A DNA stretch of 32,000 bases from Xylanibacter ruminicola 23 (lineage in GTDB: Bacteria; Bacteroidota; Bacteroidia; Bacteroidales; Bacteroidaceae), in assembly GCF_000025925.1 (NCBI RefSeq), contig NC_014033.1:420001-452000 (forward strand), given 5' to 3'. The position numbers and the translations under genes were made by a program. Under the pieces are notes generated by a model. That model did not search any database. It worked only from the letters and a program-made list of their open reading frames with translations, and had not been told where the DNA came from. Below, piece by piece: positions 29,654-32,000 of this stretch (positions are counted from its first letter, which is position 1; every line of letters starts with the position of its first letter).

Positions 29654-30382
29654 TTATTTCTTGTGGTGGATGAAGAAGTTCTTGATGCTGCTTTTGCGAT
29701 GAACGTCGAGGAGCAGTTTCAGACTCTCAATCTGCTGGGGGAGCTGCTTTTTGTACGATCCCCACCAGGCATAGATGTACACACCGAGGGTGGTGTTGGG
29801 AATATGCACCATGATTTTGGCACGGCGCTTCTGCTCTACGACAACATACTTGAGCTTAGGGTAGTCCTTCATGGCATCGGCGAATATGGCACGGATGCCG
29901 AGGAATGCCATATGATCGATCTTGAGCTTCTTGTAGGCTGTCTGCAATTCTACATCCCAATCGTTCATGTAATCGGCCAACCTCTGCTTCTGGCGTATCA
30001 TCCACAGGGCGATATCCTCGGCGCGGTATGACTTGAGGAACATCACGGTGTGGTTCTTGTCGTTGATGGTAAGCTGCATGGACGAGTGTACCTTCTCGGC
30101 GTAGAGGGTGCAGGCAGGCGAGAGCTTGACTATCAGTCGCGGACTGGGGTACTTGCTACTTGCCAGCTCCAGCTTGATGTCGGAATCGCTGATGGTACCG
30201 TTGCCCATCAGGTGTATACGCACTTCGGCGGGCAAGGGTACTTTGGTGATGAACGGTTGCTCGGGGCCCAGGTCGTTCATCATGCGCATCTTGAGGTAGA
30301 GGTCAAGAGCATAGTCGTTGCTCCTGCCTTCCTCCACTAATTTGGCGATGCTGTTACTAATCTGTACTTTGGTGTATTGCAT
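29654..30382 (-). CDS. Hypothetical protein (242 aa from ATG 30382)
   Basis: The ORF-track N-terminus (to 30550) is a low-complexity S/T/P/A read-through that overlaps the upstream AAA+ gene. MQYTKVQISN starts 8 nt after that gene's stop. Confidence 0.6.
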   Translation of the reverse strand: MQYTKVQISNSIAKLVEEGRSNDYALDLYLKMRMMNDLGPEQPFITKVPLPAEVRIHLMGNGTISDSDIKLELASSKYPSPRLIVKLSPACTLYAEKVHSSMQLTINDKNHTVMFLKSYRAEDIALWMIRQKQRLADYMNDWDVELQTAYKKLKIDHMAFLGIRAIFADAMKDYPKLKYVVVEQKRRAKIMVHIPNTTLGVYIYAWWGSYKKQLPQQIESLKLLLDVHRKSSIKNFFIHHKK

Positions 30383-30389
30383 AACTTTA

Positions 30390-32000
30390 TCAATAGTTTG
30401 TCGACCCTGGCAGGGAGAAGCCGGCGATGCGGTGGCGCGATTTGTTGTTGGCGAGTTGCTCGGCGCGGCAGTAGTCTTCCAGCTGCTCGAGTGTGGCGTA
30501 CTGGCCCGAGAGGATGTAGTCGACCGTGCGCTTGCGGGCGATGTTCTCAATCTGTCCGCCTGAGAAGTCGAAGTGCGAGGCCAGCTGCTGGGCGTCGTGG
30601 TCGCTCAGGTCCTTCAGCATCGAGCGCCATATCTTGCTCTTCACGGTGGTGTCGGGCTTGTGGAACTCAACCTTGTAGAGGAATCGGCGCTCGAAGGCGC
30701 TGTCGAGGTTGCTGGTGAGGTTGGTGGTGGCGATGAGTATGCCGTCCAGGTCCTCAATCTCCTGAAGGATGATGTTCTGCATGGCGTTGTCCATCTTGTC
30801 GACAGAGTGCTCGATGTTCTCGGTGCGCTTGTTGATGAGCGCATCGGCCTCGTTGAAGAACAGGATGGGCTGTACCTCGCTGTTCTGGCATATCTCGCGG
30901 TAGCGGGCAAACACGGCCTTGATGTTCTTCTCGCTCTCGCCTACGAACTTATCGCGCATGCCGGCGATGTCTACCTGCATGAGGTTGCGACCCGTCTGAC
31001 GGGCTATCTGCAGCACGGTCTCGGTCTTGCCGGTACCAGGGCCTCCGTAGAACAGACAGGCAAAGCCCTTGCGCATGCCCTGCTCCTCCAGACGCTGCTG
31101 GATGCTGGGGAAGTTGTCGATGCTGAGCAGACTGGTGAGTCGCTCAATCTGCTGCTGCTCGCTGTCGTTGAAGAACAGCTCCTTGGCCTTGATGCTATCG
31201 TGGCTCTTAAGCATGCGGTTGTAGCTGTTTTGATAGCGGCGGCACTTGCTGTGACTGGGCTTGTAGGCCGACAGCAGCTCCTGCTTGGCCTTGAGGGTTA
31301 GCTTGTACTGCTCGTTGTCGGCCATGCCGTCGCGGCACTTGTACTCGATGTAGCCGGCTTGTATGAGGGGGTGGATGCCCTCGCGCAGGTTCTGGCGCAG
31401 GAAGTTGCAATCAAAATCCTCGGGGTACAGGTCGCTAATGGTTTCCATGGTGAGGCCCTCGCCGTCGCTGCCCTCCCACTGGGCATAGTCGAACACAATC
31501 ATGAGCAGCAGCGACTGCACGTGGATATCGTCGAAGCGCAGCACCTCGTGGCAGAGGGGCAGGTGAGGATTGGCCTTGCACAGCTCAACCATCCACTCCT
31601 CGTCGTCGCGGAACTCAGTGTGGCGGTCGTTCAGGCCCTTGGAGATATGGCTCTCGAGTTTGTCGACGAACTGCTGCTCGGTAAGTCCGTCGATCTTCTC
31701 GGGAACGAACACCTGATTATGGCGCAGGGCGGTGATAAGGCCGCGAGCCAGTGCGAAGCCTTCGAAGAAACCACCTATCTCGTGGGTGCCACGGCGTACG
31801 AACCAGCGCTTGCGCACCATCTCCTCGATTTCGTCGGTGTAGGTCATCATCTGCAGGCGCGAGCAGTTCAGGTAGTTGCCCATCTTCTTCCACGACAGGG
31901 GTTCGCCAGCCTCGATGAGCATGGCCAGTACTACTATCTGGATATCGTTGATGCCCAGCTCGCCGCGCAGGAAAGCCAGGGGATTCTTAATCGACTCCCA
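30390..32000 (-). CDS. Classical-clade AAA+ ATPase with a long N-terminal region; probably 5'-truncated by the window edge
   Basis: Walker A reads FYGGPGTGKTE. The Walker B region reads PILFFNEADAL, with Asn where Asp is usual. VGESEKNIKAVF is typical of classical AAA. The reading frame stays open upstream of Met 31922 to position 32000. Confidence 0.75.
   Translation of the reverse strand, partial: WESIKNPLAFLRGELGINDIQIVVLAMLIEAGEPLSWKKMGNYLNCSRLQMMTYTDEIEEMVRKRWFVRRGTHEIGGFFEGFALARGLITALRHNQVFVPEKIDGLTEQQFVDKLESHISKGLNDRHTEFRDDEEWMVELCKANPHLPLCHEVLRFDDIHVQSLLLMIVFDYAQWEGSDGEGLTMETISDLYPEDFDCNFLRQNLREGIHPLIQAGYIEYKCRDGMADNEQYKLTLKAKQELLSAYKPSHSKCRRYQNSYNRMLKSHDSIKAKELFFNDSEQQQIERLTSLLSIDNFPSIQQRLEEQGMRKGFACLFYGGPGTGKTETVLQIARQTGRNLMQVDIAGMRDKFVGESEKNIKAVFARYREICQNSEVQPILFFNEADALINKRTENIEHSVDKMDNAMQNIILQEIEDLDGILIATTNLTSNLDSAFERRFLYKVEFHKPDTTVKSKIWRSMLKDLSDHDAQQLASHFDFSGGQIENIARKRTVDYILSGQYATLEQLEDYCRAEQLANNKSRHRIAGFSLPGSTNY

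Noticed and set aside
30383-30550. N-terminal extension of ORF 29654-30550 (MRTSPASARSTTSSRAST...)
   Set aside because: It is a low-complexity read-through that overlaps the 3' end of the AAA+ gene. The Met at 30382 follows that gene's stop by 8 nt.
27421-31301. Plus-strand ORFs 27421-28017, 28776-29555, 29663-30340 and 30573-31301, plus several Arg/Pro-rich minus-strand out-of-frame ORFs
   Set aside because: All overlap the motif-bearing minus-strand genes (VWA-like, MoxR, AAA+). Their low-complexity composition indicates GC-driven spurious ORFs.
1-32000. tRNA, rRNA or CRISPR loci
   Set aside because: I scanned the intergenic regions by eye and found no cloverleaf-like or rRNA-like segments and no repeat-spacer arrays. 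A tRNAscan or Infernal run would be needed for certainty.

Overview
This window looks like a Bacteroidales chromosome segment. Support: several exact -33 TTTG / -7 TAnnTTTG promoter pairs, an HU-like gene followed by a 33-codon 'smalltalk'-type ORF, a VirE/DUF3987-type replication protein and WG-repeat proteins. It has two compositional parts. (1) About 0.2-21.4 kb is a visibly AT-rich accessory or defence island. It carries a DUF262 (GmrSD-like) gene, a WG-repeat gene, a Macro-TIR fusion gene and several unrecognisable genes. It also carries a tightly coupled three-gene operon headed by a GHKL (Hsp90/MORC-like) ATPase, an intact IS21-family element, and a five-gene LlaJI-type operon (two C5-cytosine methyltransferases, McrB-like, McrC-like, Vsr). 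The IS21 element has a 6-bp target duplication and has replaced the last codons of vsr. The left part of the island is built from cassettes that share near-identical flanking repeats. (2) About 21.4-32 kb is GC-rich. It carries a primase-helicase-like gene and an intergenic region with a 40-nt perfect AT palindrome and ACGTAACTTC repeats. It also carries HU plus smalltalk and a four-gene minus-strand operon (classical AAA+, unknown, MoxR-type AAA+, VWA/DUF2201-like). My best candidate for an undescribed system is the GHKL three-gene operon (6395-10081). The Macro-TIR fusion, the repeat-delimited cassette architecture and the AAA/MoxR/VWA operon are secondary candidates. All functional calls rest on motifs read by eye from the translations; no database search was possible.
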